Shown here: in pieces, positions 41,756-54,433 of the stretch
Position numbering within the stretch: position 1 is the stretch's first letter
How the letters are laid out: each line of letters opens with the position of its first letter
Origin: an uncultured delta proteobacterium
Lineage (GTDB): Bacteria; Myxococcota_A; Polyangia; Polyangiales; JAFGIB01
Assembly: GCA_963778655.1 (NCBI GenBank)
Contig: CAVZVA010000009.1
Span: forward strand, 1,152,001 to 1,216,000
Reading direction: 5' to 3'
Length of the DNA stretch: 64,000 nucleotides
Translations under genes and position numbers: made by a program
The notes under the pieces: model-generated
What the model was told of the DNA's origin: nothing
What the model saw: the letters and a program-made list of their open reading frames with translations, nothing else
The model's database searches: none

Positions 41756-44293
41756 TCAGGGCGCGCGGGCACCCTCGCAGCTCGGGTAGCGCAGAAAGCG
41801 CTGGCGCACGTGGAGGAAGCGCTCGAGCGCGGGCTGCCAGAGCGCCTCGATGCGGGCTACGGGCTCCCCGGCCAGCAGCGCCTGCAGGCTGGCCGCGTGC
41901 CCGAGCAGATCGATCAGCTTGTCGGTGTGCCAGCGGTCGCGGTGCAGCGCGAGCAGCGCGTGCGCGATTTCGAGCCCGGTGCGTACCGGCCGGAACGCGC
42001 GCGGGTCCTCGACCGTCAGGCGCAGCCCGAAGCAGCGCTGCCCCGCGTAGGGCGCGCGGCTGGGCGTGAACGCCGCGGCCTCGATGTGCACGCCCGGCAG
42101 CCCAGCCGCGGCCACCCTGGAGGCGAGCGCGCCGGCGTCGATCCACGGCGCGCCCAGCAGCCCGAACGGGCTCTGCGTGCCGCGTCCGACCGAGAGGTTG
42201 GTGCCCTCGAGCAGGCCGGTCGCCGGATACAGCAGGGCCGCGTCCGCGCTGGGCAGGTTGGGCGAGGGCGGGCTCCAGCGCAGCCCGGTTTGCGCGAACA
42301 TCTGCTGCCGGCACCAACCCACGGCCGGCACGACCTGCAGCGCGCCGCCCAGGTGCTCCCCGTCGCTGATCAATGCCGCCAGCTCGCCCGCACTCATGCC
42401 GTGGCGGATCGGCAGCGGGTAGTGATTGACGAAGCTGTGGATGCCGGGGTCGAGCACGGGGCCCTCGACCGCGACGCCGCCCAGCGGGTCGGGACGGTCG
42501 AGCACCAGCACCGGAACGCCGCTGCCTGCGGCGGCCTCGAGCATCGCGTGCAGCGTCGACATGTAGGTGAAGAAACGCACGCCGACGTCGACCAGGTCGA
42601 CCACGACCACGTCGAGCCCCTGCAGCATCTGCGCGCTCGGCCTCCGCGTCGCGCCGAACAGGCTGTAGACCGGCACGCCACGCGCGGGCCGCCTTCCGTC
42701 GCCCACCGGCCCCTCGTGGCTGACGTCCAGCCCGTGCTCCGGGCTGAACACCGCGCCGAGCCGCACGCCGGGAGCGTGCTCCAACAAGGCGAGCGTGGTC
42801 TGTCCGTCCGCGGCGCGCGCCGCCAGGTGCGTCAGCAGGCCGACGCGCTTGCCCTGCAGCCGTGCGTACCCGCTGGCGCGCAGCACGTCGATGCCTGCGC
42901 GGACGGGGGTTTTGTCACCGGGGAGGGCAGGCTCGCTCTCCGCAGTCGGGCTGGCTTCGCTCGCGCCGGGCTTGGCCGCCCTGTCGGCCGCGTCCCGCTG
43001 CAGCGCGCGCACCGCGGCGTCAGTGACCGCGGCCGCCAGCGAGATCACGCTGCCCTTGCCGTCGGGGTGCACGCGGTTGCTGAGCAGCACCACGAACAGA
43101 TCGCGCTCGGGATCGATGAAGAGCGAGGTGCCGGTGAAGCCGCCGTGCCCGAAGGCGTGCGGCGACAGCAGCGTACCGCGCAGTCGTGAGTAGCGACTGT
43201 GGATGTCCCAGCCTAGCGCGCGCACGCTGTCGCCGAGTGCGTGCGGCCGCGTCATCGTCGCCACGCTCTGTGCGCTCAGCACGCGCACGCCATCGAGCGC
43301 CCCGCCGCCGAGCAGCATGCGCGCGAAGCGCGACAGGTCGCGCGCGGTGGAGAACAATCCCGCGTTGCCCGCGACCCCGCCGAGCCGGTACGCGCGCGGG
43401 TCGTGCACCACCCCGTGGATCAGCTTGAACGCACCTCCCGGGTGCCACGGCGAGTACGGCGTAGGGGGACGCTGATCGTCGGGCGCGCTGGCAGGCGGCG
43501 CCTCGGGTCGGTCGTCGGTGACCTCGGTCGGCGCGATCCGCGGCAACAGGGCGGGGTCGGGATTGAAGCCCGTATCCCGCATGCCCAGCGGTGCGAACAG
43601 CGTCTGTCGCGTGAACACGTCGAGCGGCTCGCCCGCGGCACGACGCACCAGCTCGCCGAGCCACAGGTAACCCAGATCACTGTAAGCGAAGCGGCCACGC
43701 GGGGTGACCGGGTCGTGTCGCAGCATCGCCGTGATTGCGGCCGCGGGTCCCTGCGTGAAGTCGCGCATCGGGTTCTCGATCGGCAGCCCGGCCGCGTGCA
43801 GCAACAGATCCTGCACCGTGATGCGGCGCGTGGCAGGGCGATCGAGCTCCGGCAGGACGCGCGCCGCGGGCGCCGTCAGCTCGAGCTTGCCGCGCTCGGC
43901 CAGCACCATGATCGCGCTCGCCGTCGCGATCGGCTTGGTCAGTGAGGCCAGATCGAAGATGGTGTCTTCGGTCATCGCTTCGCGCTCCGGCACCAGCGCA
44001 CGCTGGCCGTACGCACGCAGGAAGCGCAGGCCGTCGTGGCGGCCGACCGCGATCACGCATCCAGGCATGCGGTGCGTCGCCAGCGCGTCGGCCACCAGCC
44101 CGTCGATCTCCGGGATCGCGAGCTGCGGCGCCGGCGGCCGCGCCGGCCGCGGCGCCGGCCTGGCAACGGGCGCGGGCGCCGCGTGCGCGTCAGGCTCTGG
44201 TGCCGCCACGGCCTGCGGCGTGCAGGCCAGCAGCGAGGTCGCGGCTGCGGCAGCCAGCAGCCAGGCGGAGCAAGACCCCATCGCCGCCAGCAT
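41756..44293 (-). CDS. Lipoprotein: beta-lactamase-family serine hydrolase fused to exo-beta-N-acetylmuramidase NamZ (DUF1343) domain
   Basis: Lipobox LLAC; FDLASLTK (SxxK), YSD, VHDP, GHGGFTG; FSPEHG, DVGVRFFTY, DRPDPLGG, PPSPNLP, SVGRGT. Alternative ATG 44281. Confidence 0.88.
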   Translation of the reverse strand: MLAAMGSCSAWLLAAAAATSLLACTPQAVAAPEPDAHAAPAPVARPAPRPARPPAPQLAIPEIDGLVADALATHRMPGCVIAVGRHDGLRFLRAYGQRALVPEREAMTEDTIFDLASLTKPIATASAIMVLAERGKLELTAPAARVLPELDRPATRRITVQDLLLHAAGLPIENPMRDFTQGPAAAITAMLRHDPVTPRGRFAYSDLGYLWLGELVRRAAGEPLDVFTRQTLFAPLGMRDTGFNPDPALLPRIAPTEVTDDRPEAPPASAPDDQRPPTPYSPWHPGGAFKLIHGVVHDPRAYRLGGVAGNAGLFSTARDLSRFARMLLGGGALDGVRVLSAQSVATMTRPHALGDSVRALGWDIHSRYSRLRGTLLSPHAFGHGGFTGTSLFIDPERDLFVVLLSNRVHPDGKGSVISLAAAVTDAAVRALQRDAADRAAKPGASEASPTAESEPALPGDKTPVRAGIDVLRASGYARLQGKRVGLLTHLAARAADGQTTLALLEHAPGVRLGAVFSPEHGLDVSHEGPVGDGRRPARGVPVYSLFGATRRPSAQMLQGLDVVVVDLVDVGVRFFTYMSTLHAMLEAAAGSGVPVLVLDRPDPLGGVAVEGPVLDPGIHSFVNHYPLPIRHGMSAGELAALISDGEHLGGALQVVPAVGWCRQQMFAQTGLRWSPPSPNLPSADAALLYPATGLLEGTNLSVGRGTQSPFGLLGAPWIDAGALASRVAAAGLPGVHIEAAAFTPSRAPYAGQRCFGLRLTVEDPRAFRPVRTGLEIAHALLALHRDRWHTDKLIDLLGHAASLQALLAGEPVARIEALWQPALERFLHVRQRFLRYPSCEGARAP

Positions 44294-44454
44294 AGCAGCC
44301 AGCGCGCGCGCGGCCGCGGCAGGGCGCGCGCCAGAATGGCTCCGAGAGGGCGTCCTGCGCGGGCGCGGTCGGGCAGTCACGCCCGCCTGGGAAGCGCGCA
44401 AAGAAAACTCGCCTCGGCGCTTCCCGTCTTCCCGCCTTCCTGTGATTCTCCTCG

Positions 44455-44964
44455 ATGCGAAATGCACACGCCTCCACGCACGCACATGACTTCGAGGCGG
44501 GTTCAGCCGTGGGCCGGTTCCGGCGCATGATCGCGAATCTGATGGCATCGGGCTCGCCGCACATGCGCGAGCTGGGCATTCGTTTCCTGCACGCGGAGGC
44601 CGGTGTGGCGGTGGGGATGCTGCCCTATCGCGAGGATCTGGTCGGCGATCCGACCACCGGAGTGCTGCACGGCGGGCTGGTCACCACGCTGCTCGATTCG
44701 ACTGCGGGCGCGGCGGTGATCAGCGCGCTGTCGCTGCCCGCGCCGATCGCCACGCTCGATCTGCGCATCGACTACCTGCGCCCCTCCACGCCGCACGCCC
44801 CGCTGCACGCCAGGGTCGAGTGCTACAAGCTCACGCACCACATCGCGTTCGCGCGCGGCACCGCATACAACGAAAATCCAGCAGATCCGGTGGCGTCGAT
44901 GTCGGCTACCTTCATGCTGCGTACGCAGGCGCTGCCGCACGCCAGCAAGCCCGGAGGCACCTGA
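44455..44964 (+). CDS. PaaI family thioesterase
   Basis: GVLHGGLVTTLLDS; ATLDLRIDYLRP. Confidence 0.9.
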   Translation: MRNAHASTHAHDFEAGSAVGRFRRMIANLMASGSPHMRELGIRFLHAEAGVAVGMLPYREDLVGDPTTGVLHGGLVTTLLDSTAGAAVISALSLPAPIATLDLRIDYLRPSTPHAPLHARVECYKLTHHIAFARGTAYNENPADPVASMSATFMLRTQALPHASKPGGT

Positions 44965-45413
44965 TGTCGCGCGCGCTGAGCGAGGTCGTGCACGAGGCGC
45001 GCAAGGCCGGCGAGCTGGGGCAGCTGCTGGCTGCGATTCCCTACCTGCGCCTGCTGGGGCTGACGGCCGAGATCCGCGAGGGCGATCTGGTCGCGCGCAT
45101 GCCGGGCGAGCCGCGCTTGATCGGCAATCCGGTGTTGCCCGCGCTTCACGGCGGCACCGTGGGCGCCCTGCTCGAGAGCACCGCGATTCTCAAGTTGCTG
45201 TGGGACAACGACAGCCTGGGCGTGCCCAAGACGATCACGCTGACCGTCGACTACCTGCGCTCGGGCCGGGTGGTCGAGACGTTCGCGCGCGCACACATCA
45301 CGCGTCTGGGCCGGCGCGTGGCCAATGTCCAGATGCACGCCTGGCAGGACGGGGAAGATCGCCCGATCGCCATCGGGCACGCTCATTTTTTGCTGCGATC
45401 TCCAACACCTTAG
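44964..45413 (+). CDS. PaaI family thioesterase (second of pair)
   Basis: IGNPVLPALHGG; PKTITLTVDYLRSG; TGATG overlap. Confidence 0.9.
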   Translation: MSRALSEVVHEARKAGELGQLLAAIPYLRLLGLTAEIREGDLVARMPGEPRLIGNPVLPALHGGTVGALLESTAILKLLWDNDSLGVPKTITLTVDYLRSGRVVETFARAHITRLGRRVANVQMHAWQDGEDRPIAIGHAHFLLRSPTP

Positions 45414-45528
45414 CGCTGGACGCCCGTCCCCCCTTGATCGACGTGCAGAATTGGTACACGTTCCCACATGTAGGACGGTGGGACACTGGCCCAGCCGTGG
45501 CTCCACCCGATGACTTGCGAGGAGTGCC

Positions 45529-47457
45529 ATGTCGGGCGAAGAAGGAACGGGACTGCACGCGTTCGATGACATCGACCCGATAAGCACCGTCAGTGCGCTG
45601 AACGTGATGCCGGACTCGGGCCCACTCTCGCTTCAGTTCGGGAGCCCCGACGACGCCGAGCTTCGGCTCGACGCCTCCGAGGTACAGCAAATCTCGCCTC
45701 GGTTGCCGCCCCCGCCCGGCGCGCGCCGGACCAGTGCGCCGCCCCCGCCGCCGCGCCGTGCAGGCGCCGCCAGCAGCCTGCCGCCGCCCCCGCCACGTCG
45801 GGCCGGCGCCTCCTCGCTGCCGCCGCCGGCGCTGCCGGGTCTGGGCGCGCGCTCCGCGCCGCCTCCCGTGCCGCCTGTCTCGGCGCAAGCGCCGAGCACG
45901 GCCGAGATGGAATCGAGCTCCGAGCTCGACCAGGACACCAAGGTGGTGCCCAACGCGTTCAGCCACGATCCCGAGTTCGCGCCGACCACGGCTTCGGCGC
46001 GCGCGAAGGCGGCGGCTGAGCGCGGGGAGGGCTTCGAGTCCTTCGACGACGCGGCCGGGGACGACAACGCTTCCACCTCGCTGCACGGGCAGCCGCCGTC
46101 GGCGCAGAGCGGGCAGGCGCGCGCGGGCATCGACGACACCGCGTTGCTCGAGCTGTCCGCGACCACCGTCGCGACCAACATGGACATGGAGTGGGACGAG
46201 GAGGAGGTCGAGACCAAGCTGCGCGACGAGTCGGGCGTGGAAGAGCTGCCTCGGCCGCTCGCGGCGCCACCTGGCGCGCGGCCGTCGCCGTTTCCGCCCC
46301 CTGCGTCCGCGCCTGTGTCCGCGTCCGGCCGCCCTTCGCCGTTCGCGGCCCCGCCGACTGGTTTTGCGCCGATGACCAGCCCGCAGGATGACTGGGAGGA
46401 CGAAGACGACGCCATGACGCGCGTGATATCGCCTTCGGCCCGGCCCACGGCCTCCGCTCCGGTCGGGTGGCAACCGGCGCCCGCGGTGGGCCCGTCGACT
46501 TCGTCGATGCCGACCCTGGTCGGCGGCGAGCTGGCGCGGCGGCTGCTGGCGGGCAACCGTCTGGCCTGGCTTGGCTTCGCCGCGGTCGCACTGGCCGCCT
46601 TCGCGGTCGCGGCCTGGGCGTTTCGCGCCGGGCGGGCGACCACGATCACGCTGGTCACGAAGCCGACCGATGCAGCGGTGCTGATCGACGGCAACGCCCT
46701 CACCGGGCAGAGCAGCCCATTCACCGTGCAGGGGCTGGCACCCGGCAACCACACCGTCGAGGTGCGCCGGGAGGGCTTCACCTCGCAGACGCACCGCTTC
46801 CGGGTGGAGCCGGGCGAGGTCAAGGCGATGCCGAGCATCGAGCTCGTGCCGCAGCGCCTCGACACTGGCTTCAGCCTGGCCTCCGCCCCGCAGGGCGCCA
46901 CCATCTACGTCGACGGGCACAAGCTCGATCAGGTCACCCCGGCGCGCGTGGTCGACCTGGCCCAGGGGCTGCACGTGGTGCGCTTGGAGGGCGGTACGGG
47001 TTACCAGCCGTGGGAGACCCAAGTCGCGCTGGCCAGCGGGCAGGTGATCGAGCTACCCACGGCGCGGCTCGCGCCGGCGGTGCCGAGCGCCGCTCCCAAG
47101 CCGCCGGCGGCCGAGCCCGAAGCGTCGCAGCCAACCGAGAGCTCGCACCACCATCACCACCACGCGAGCAGCGCATCGCCCGTGCAGTACCACAGCAGCG
47201 CAGCGTCTCGACCCGTGCGCGAGTCGGCCGCGGCCGCGAGCGGCGGCCAGGGCACGCTGCGTATCAACAGCCGGCCGTGGTCGCAGGTGTTCGTCGACGG
47301 CCGCATGATCGGCAACACACCGCAGCTCAACCTGCCGCTGTCCAGCGGCTCCCACCACATCAAGCTGGTCAACCCGCAGCTCGGCATGAGCAAGACGCTG
47401 AGCGTGCGCGTCGGCGCCGGCCAGGTCGTGACGAAGATCGTCCAGCTCGGCGATTAG
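45529..47457 (+). CDS. Single-pass membrane protein with Pro-rich cytoplasmic region and three PEGA domains
   Basis: TKPTDAAVLIDG, SAPQGATIYVDG, INSRPWSQVFVDGRMIGNTP; TM LAWLGFAAVALAAFAVAAWAF. Confidence 0.85.
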   Translation: MSGEEGTGLHAFDDIDPISTVSALNVMPDSGPLSLQFGSPDDAELRLDASEVQQISPRLPPPPGARRTSAPPPPPRRAGAASSLPPPPPRRAGASSLPPPALPGLGARSAPPPVPPVSAQAPSTAEMESSSELDQDTKVVPNAFSHDPEFAPTTASARAKAAAERGEGFESFDDAAGDDNASTSLHGQPPSAQSGQARAGIDDTALLELSATTVATNMDMEWDEEEVETKLRDESGVEELPRPLAAPPGARPSPFPPPASAPVSASGRPSPFAAPPTGFAPMTSPQDDWEDEDDAMTRVISPSARPTASAPVGWQPAPAVGPSTSSMPTLVGGELARRLLAGNRLAWLGFAAVALAAFAVAAWAFRAGRATTITLVTKPTDAAVLIDGNALTGQSSPFTVQGLAPGNHTVEVRREGFTSQTHRFRVEPGEVKAMPSIELVPQRLDTGFSLASAPQGATIYVDGHKLDQVTPARVVDLAQGLHVVRLEGGTGYQPWETQVALASGQVIELPTARLAPAVPSAAPKPPAAEPEASQPTESSHHHHHHASSASPVQYHSSAASRPVRESAAAASGGQGTLRINSRPWSQVFVDGRMIGNTPQLNLPLSSGSHHIKLVNPQLGMSKTLSVRVGAGQVVTKIVQLGD

Positions 47458-47459
47458 AC

Positions 47460-48968
47460 TCAGTCGTCACCGAAACGGATGCCCTGGGCCAGGGGCAGCT
47501 CGCGCGAGTAGTTGATGGTGTTGGTGGCGCGACGCATGTAGCTCTTCCAGGCGTCGGAGCCGGCTTCGCGCCCTCCGCCGGTGGCCTTTTCGCCGCCGAA
47601 CGCGCCGCCGATCTCGGCGCCGCTCGGCCCGATGTTGACGTTGGCGATGCCGCAGTCGCTGCCGGCGGGCGACAGGAACAGCTCGGCCTCGCGCAAGTCC
47701 GAGGTGAAGATGCACGAGGACAGCCCCTGCTCGACCGCGTTGTGCATGGCGATCGCCTGCTCGAGCTCGCGGTAGCGCATCGCGTACAGGATCGGCGCGA
47801 AGGTCTCCTGCAGCACGATGCCGCGCTGCGCGGGCATCTCCGCGAGCGCCGGCCTGACGTAGAAGGCCTCGGGATAGACGTCGGCCAGCACGCGCTCGCC
47901 GAAGCTCACCTGCCCGCCCTCGGCGCGGGCCTGCTGCAGCGCGGCCTGCATGCGCTCGAAGGAGGCCCCGTCGATCAGCGGTCCGACCAGCGAGCCGGGC
48001 TCCAGCGGCGATCCGATCGGCAGCCGTGCATAGGCGCGCTTGAGCCGCTCGGTCAGCGCGTCGTACACGTCATCGTGCGCGATCAGGCGGCGCAGGCTGG
48101 TGCAGCGCTGGCCCGCGGTTCCCACGGCGCTGAACAGGATCGCGCGCGTTGCCAGCTCGAGGTCGGCGCTCGGGCCGACGATCATGGCGTTGTTGCCGCC
48201 GAGCTCGAGCAGGCAGCGGCCCAGACGCGCGGCGACGACCGGCGCGATCGCGCGTCCCATGCGGCAGCTGCCGGTCGCGCTGAGCAGCGGCACGCGCGCG
48301 TCGCGCGCCAGCGCCTCGCCCAGCTCGGCTCCGCCGATCATCACCTGCGACAGACCCGGCGGCAGCTCTGGCTGCCCCGCCAGCACCGATTCGAAGGTGC
48401 GCTGGCAGGCGAGCGCGCTGAGCGGGCACTTGTCGGAGGGCTTCCAGATCACCGGGTCGCCACACACCAGCGCCAGCGCGAAGTTCCAGGCCCAGACCGC
48501 GACCGGGAAGTTGAAGGCCGAGATCACCCCGACCGGCCCCAGCGGGTGCCAGACCTCCATCATGCGGTGGCCCGGGCGTTCCGAGGCCATGGTCAGCCCG
48601 TAGAGCTGACGCGAAAGCCCCACGGCGAAGTCGCAGATGTCGACCATCTCCTGCACCTCGCCCAGGCCCTCCTGCAGGATCTTGCCGGACTCGAGGCTCA
48701 CCAGTGTGCCGAGCGCTTGCTTGCGCTCGCGCAGCGCTTGGCCGAAGAGACGGATCAGCTCGCCGCGCCGCGGTGCGGGCAAGAGCCGCAACGACGCGAA
48801 CGCGGCTTCGGCGCGGCCGACCGAGGCCCGCACGGCGGTCGCGTCGTCGCGTCGCACGCGCGCCAGCGGCCGCCCGTCGAGCGGGGAGCGTACTTCGAGC
48901 TCGCCCTGCAGGTCGGCCGGCTGCAGCCCCAGCTGCGCAAACAGCTGAAGCGGGCTCGGGGCGCTCAC
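47460..48968 (-). CDS. ALDH7-type aldehyde dehydrogenase (piperideine-6-carboxylate/aminoadipate semialdehyde dehydrogenase, AmaB/Pcd-like)
   Basis: EGLGEVQEMVDICDFAVGLSRQLYG, AFNFPVAVWAWN, LELGGNN, GTAGQRCT, GAEIGGAFGGEK; GTGA overlap with upstream gene. Confidence 0.9.
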   Translation of the reverse strand: MSAPSPLQLFAQLGLQPADLQGELEVRSPLDGRPLARVRRDDATAVRASVGRAEAAFASLRLLPAPRRGELIRLFGQALRERKQALGTLVSLESGKILQEGLGEVQEMVDICDFAVGLSRQLYGLTMASERPGHRMMEVWHPLGPVGVISAFNFPVAVWAWNFALALVCGDPVIWKPSDKCPLSALACQRTFESVLAGQPELPPGLSQVMIGGAELGEALARDARVPLLSATGSCRMGRAIAPVVAARLGRCLLELGGNNAMIVGPSADLELATRAILFSAVGTAGQRCTSLRRLIAHDDVYDALTERLKRAYARLPIGSPLEPGSLVGPLIDGASFERMQAALQQARAEGGQVSFGERVLADVYPEAFYVRPALAEMPAQRGIVLQETFAPILYAMRYRELEQAIAMHNAVEQGLSSCIFTSDLREAELFLSPAGSDCGIANVNIGPSGAEIGGAFGGEKATGGGREAGSDAWKSYMRRATNTINYSRELPLAQGIRFGDD

Positions 48969-50047
48969 GGCGTGCCCTCGCGCTCGTAGTAACGACCGAA
49001 GCGGTTGTGCAGGAAGTCGGCGAGCCCGACCTCCTCTTGCTTGAGGAAGCCGCGCGGCTTGAGTTTGCCTTCGCGTTGCAGGTCCATCACCGCGCAGACC
49101 GATGCGGCGGTGGTGATCTGGATCGCCGACAGCTCTCGGCCCGCCACCTCCCCGTGGTAGACCTTCTTGGTATAGGTGTCCTGCACCATGCGCCCGCCCC
49201 GCAGGCCGCTCACGGTCACGAAGACGAGCACGACGTCCTGCGTGGTGACCGGGACCGCGTTCTCGAGCACGTCGCGGAACAGCTCGCGCCGCTCGCACAG
49301 GCGTAGGTCGTTGCACAGCAGCCTCACCAGCTCGCAGTGGCCGGGATAGCGGATGGTCTTGTAGCTGACCTGATCGACCCTGCCGAGCAGGCTCTCGCAC
49401 AGGGTGCCCAGGCCGCCCGAGGTATTGAACGCCTCGTAGGTCACGCCGTCGAGCGAGAACTGCTCCAGGCCCTCCAGCGGCAGCACCTCGCGCAGTGCGC
49501 CGTCGTGGATGACCTGGCAGGGATTGCAGTACTCGTTGATCAGCCCTGCCGTGCTCCAGGTCAGGTTGTACTTGAGCGCGTTGGCGGGGAAGAGCGGCAG
49601 CGCACCGACCCGCAGCCGCACGCGGTACGGCTTCTCGAAGCGCTGGGTGAGGTCGTGGGTGGCGATTGAGATGAAGCCCGGCGCCAGCCCGCATTGGGGC
49701 GCGAACACCGTCTCGGCGTCGGCGGCGAGCTTGCGGATCTCGCGCGCGGTGGCCACATCCTCGGTGAGGTCGAAGTAGTGCACGCCTCCAGCCCGCGCCG
49801 CGCGCGCGATCGGCAGGCTGTGATAGTAGGGCAGGGCGTTGATTACCGCGTCCATGCCCTGCAGCGCGGCGCTCAGCGCCGCCGCGTCACCCACGTCCAC
49901 GGCGCGACGCGCCACCTGCGCGGGGATCGCCTCGAGCGCCTTTTCGTCGCGGTCGGCGACGCACAGCTCGAAGTCGCCCGCGCTCTTGAGCAGCTCGCTC
50001 ACAGCGACCCCGATGTTGCCGGCACCCAGCAGCAAAACTCGCGTCAT
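48965..50047 (-). CDS. Saccharopine dehydrogenase family protein (L-lysine 6-dehydrogenase-like)
   Basis: GAGNIG; HYFDLTEDV; PQCGLAPG; YNLTWSTAGLINEY; EAFNTSGGLG; YKTIRYPGH. Confidence 0.88.
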   Translation of the reverse strand: MTRVLLLGAGNIGVAVSELLKSAGDFELCVADRDEKALEAIPAQVARRAVDVGDAAALSAALQGMDAVINALPYYHSLPIARAARAGGVHYFDLTEDVATAREIRKLAADAETVFAPQCGLAPGFISIATHDLTQRFEKPYRVRLRVGALPLFPANALKYNLTWSTAGLINEYCNPCQVIHDGALREVLPLEGLEQFSLDGVTYEAFNTSGGLGTLCESLLGRVDQVSYKTIRYPGHCELVRLLCNDLRLCERRELFRDVLENAVPVTTQDVVLVFVTVSGLRGGRMVQDTYTKKVYHGEVAGRELSAIQITTAASVCAVMDLQREGKLKPRGFLKQEEVGLADFLHNRFGRYYEREGTP

Positions 50048-50119
50048 GCCTCGAATTCTAGCCAGGCCGCGGCCCGGACGCACGAGCCATCTGCCCCCAA
50101 CGGAGCACGCTCACGTCGG

Positions 50120-50992
50120 CTACAGCTCGAGCGCCACGCGGTACACCAGCAGCGCACGGATTGGAGCGAAGTAGCTCTGCTGGCCGTAGTTGGGGTCTCC
50201 AGGGCGCGTAAGGAGGGTGAGGAAGAGCAAGTCGTTGCGCTCGAGCAAGCCCAGACGCATGACCGCATTGAAACCCACCGCCCACTGCGCCTGGTGCCGG
50301 CCGGCGCGCGGCAGATCGAGCAGCTGGAGGTAAGGTCCAATCCCACCCCAGCGCCGGTCCTTCAAGAAGATCTCGGTCTCCCAGCGGGTCATCCAGCCGC
50401 CGTCGTAGATGCTGGTGTAGAACCAGTCGAACGAACGGTCCTTGCGTCCTTCGTAGCGTGCGGCCAGCGTGGACTGGCCGACCAGGTGCTCGTTGAACGG
50501 AAGCAGCAGGCTGACTCGCCCTTCGCCGTAGGGAAAGCGCTCGCTGCCGCTGGTGCTGCCGAACAGCGGGTCCATGTGCCTGCGCGAGGCGCGGTCGCAG
50601 CGCACACAGTAGCTGTGCGGGCCGGCGTCGAAGACCAGGTCGCGCCAAACCGCGCGGTAGGCCACGGTCACGCCGAAGCTCAAGAACAGCACCCGCAGGT
50701 CGGCGCGGGCGAAGGCGTCTCCCTCGGGGTAGGCGGGCACCAAGCCGACTCCCAGTGTCAGATCGTTGGCCGAGCCGTAGATGCTTCGCCGATTCTCCAG
50801 CGTGAGCTGGGCTCCGGTCCCGAAGTAGTCGACCGCCAGGAAGGTGCCGTCGGGCTGGATCGAGAGCATGTAGTCGCGCCGCTGATCGGCGCGCGCGCTC
50901 CCGGGCGCGACGGTGCTCGCGGCCGTGACGAGAAACAGCCCGCCGAGCAGGATGCGCGTCGGAATCCGTGGGCTCCCAGCAGGTCGGCTCAT
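50120..50992 (-). CDS. Exported hypothetical protein, possible beta-barrel
   Basis: Signal peptide ending ARA; beta-rich aromatic pattern; starts 11 bp after tRNA-Val. Confidence 0.65.
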   Translation of the reverse strand: MSRPAGSPRIPTRILLGGLFLVTAASTVAPGSARADQRRDYMLSIQPDGTFLAVDYFGTGAQLTLENRRSIYGSANDLTLGVGLVPAYPEGDAFARADLRVLFLSFGVTVAYRAVWRDLVFDAGPHSYCVRCDRASRRHMDPLFGSTSGSERFPYGEGRVSLLLPFNEHLVGQSTLAARYEGRKDRSFDWFYTSIYDGGWMTRWETEIFLKDRRWGGIGPYLQLLDLPRAGRHQAQWAVGFNAVMRLGLLERNDLLFLTLLTRPGDPNYGQQSYFAPIRALLVYRVALEL

Positions 50993-51003
50993 CGAGGAGG
51001 CGG

Positions 51004-51075
51004 TGGGCGGGACAGGGGTCGAACCTGCGACATTCGCCTTGTAAGGGCGACGCTCTGCCACTGAGCTACCCGCCC
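51004..51075 (-). tRNA. tRNA-Val (anticodon TAC); CCA not encoded (followed by CCG)
   Basis: Reverse complement GGGCGGGTAGCTCAGTGGCAGAGCG-TCGCC-CTTACAA-GGCGA-ATGTCGCAGGTTCGACCCCTGTCCCGCCCA. Confidence 0.93.
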
Positions 51076-51172
51076 GCTGGCCGACGCGTTCCGCTAGACT
51101 CCCCGACGTGGGCTGATCTGTCCAGGAGAGACCGGCGTACAACGCCCCGGGACGCGCTGGCGCGCGCAATTT

Positions 51173-51898
51173 TCATTCGAACAGGTCGAGCTGGCGGCGG
51201 CCGATCGCGGGCTCAGCAGCCGGTGGGTCGACGCACTCGGGGCCGTCGATCGCGGCGGTGTTGACGCGGCGGCCGACCTCCTGGGCACCCAGATGGGTCA
51301 CGTCTTGCGCGCTCCTGGCCAGCGCGCGCAGCTCCGTCGCCGAGGGCGGATCCGCGCGCAGCCAGCGCTCGACGTCCACGCCGCGCAGCTCGAGCGGCAT
51401 GCGGTCGTGGATCTCCTGCAGCACGCCGGCGGCCTGCGTGGTGACGATGGCGAAGGTGTCCAGCGCTTCGCCGTCCGCCGACACCCACGATTCGAACAAA
51501 CCGGCCAGTGCCATGGCCCCGCCGCGCTTCGGCCGGATCCACAGCGGTTGCTTGCCCCCTCCGGCGGCTTGCTTGCGCCACTCGAAGTAGCCGGTGGCGG
51601 GCACCACGCAGCGGCGTACCGCAAAGGCTTCGCGAAAGCTGGGTCGGGTGGCCACCGTCTCCACGCGTGCATTGATCAGACGGCTCCCGACCCGTAGATC
51701 CTTGGCGCCGCGCGGGACCAGACCCCAGCGCAGCGCTTCGAGCGTACGCCCCTTCTCGCGCTGCAGCACCACCGGCGCCGGCTGACTTGGCGCGATGTTG
51801 TAGCGGGGGACCCAGCCGTGGATCAGCACGCGCTGGACGTCGAACAATCCTCGCAGCTCGCCGAGGTCGTCCAGGTGCAGCGTGTAGCGACCACACAT
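51173..51898 (-). CDS. SOS response-associated peptidase (SRAP/YedK/HMCES family)
   Basis: MCGRY N-terminus; [31 protein letters not shown]. Confidence 0.93.
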   Translation of the reverse strand: MCGRYTLHLDDLGELRGLFDVQRVLIHGWVPRYNIAPSQPAPVVLQREKGRTLEALRWGLVPRGAKDLRVGSRLINARVETVATRPSFREAFAVRRCVVPATGYFEWRKQAAGGGKQPLWIRPKRGGAMALAGLFESWVSADGEALDTFAIVTTQAAGVLQEIHDRMPLELRGVDVERWLRADPPSATELRALARSAQDVTHLGAQEVGRRVNTAAIDGPECVDPPAAEPAIGRRQLDLFE

Positions 51899-51913
51899 GG
51901 CGACCGCGCCGGC

Positions 51914-54433
<2,520 letters not shown>

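Noticed and set aside
48969..49694. Apparent 744-aa ALDH fusion
   Set aside because: Upstream part is an off-frame reading of the saccharopine dehydrogenase family gene; the true start is GTG 48968.
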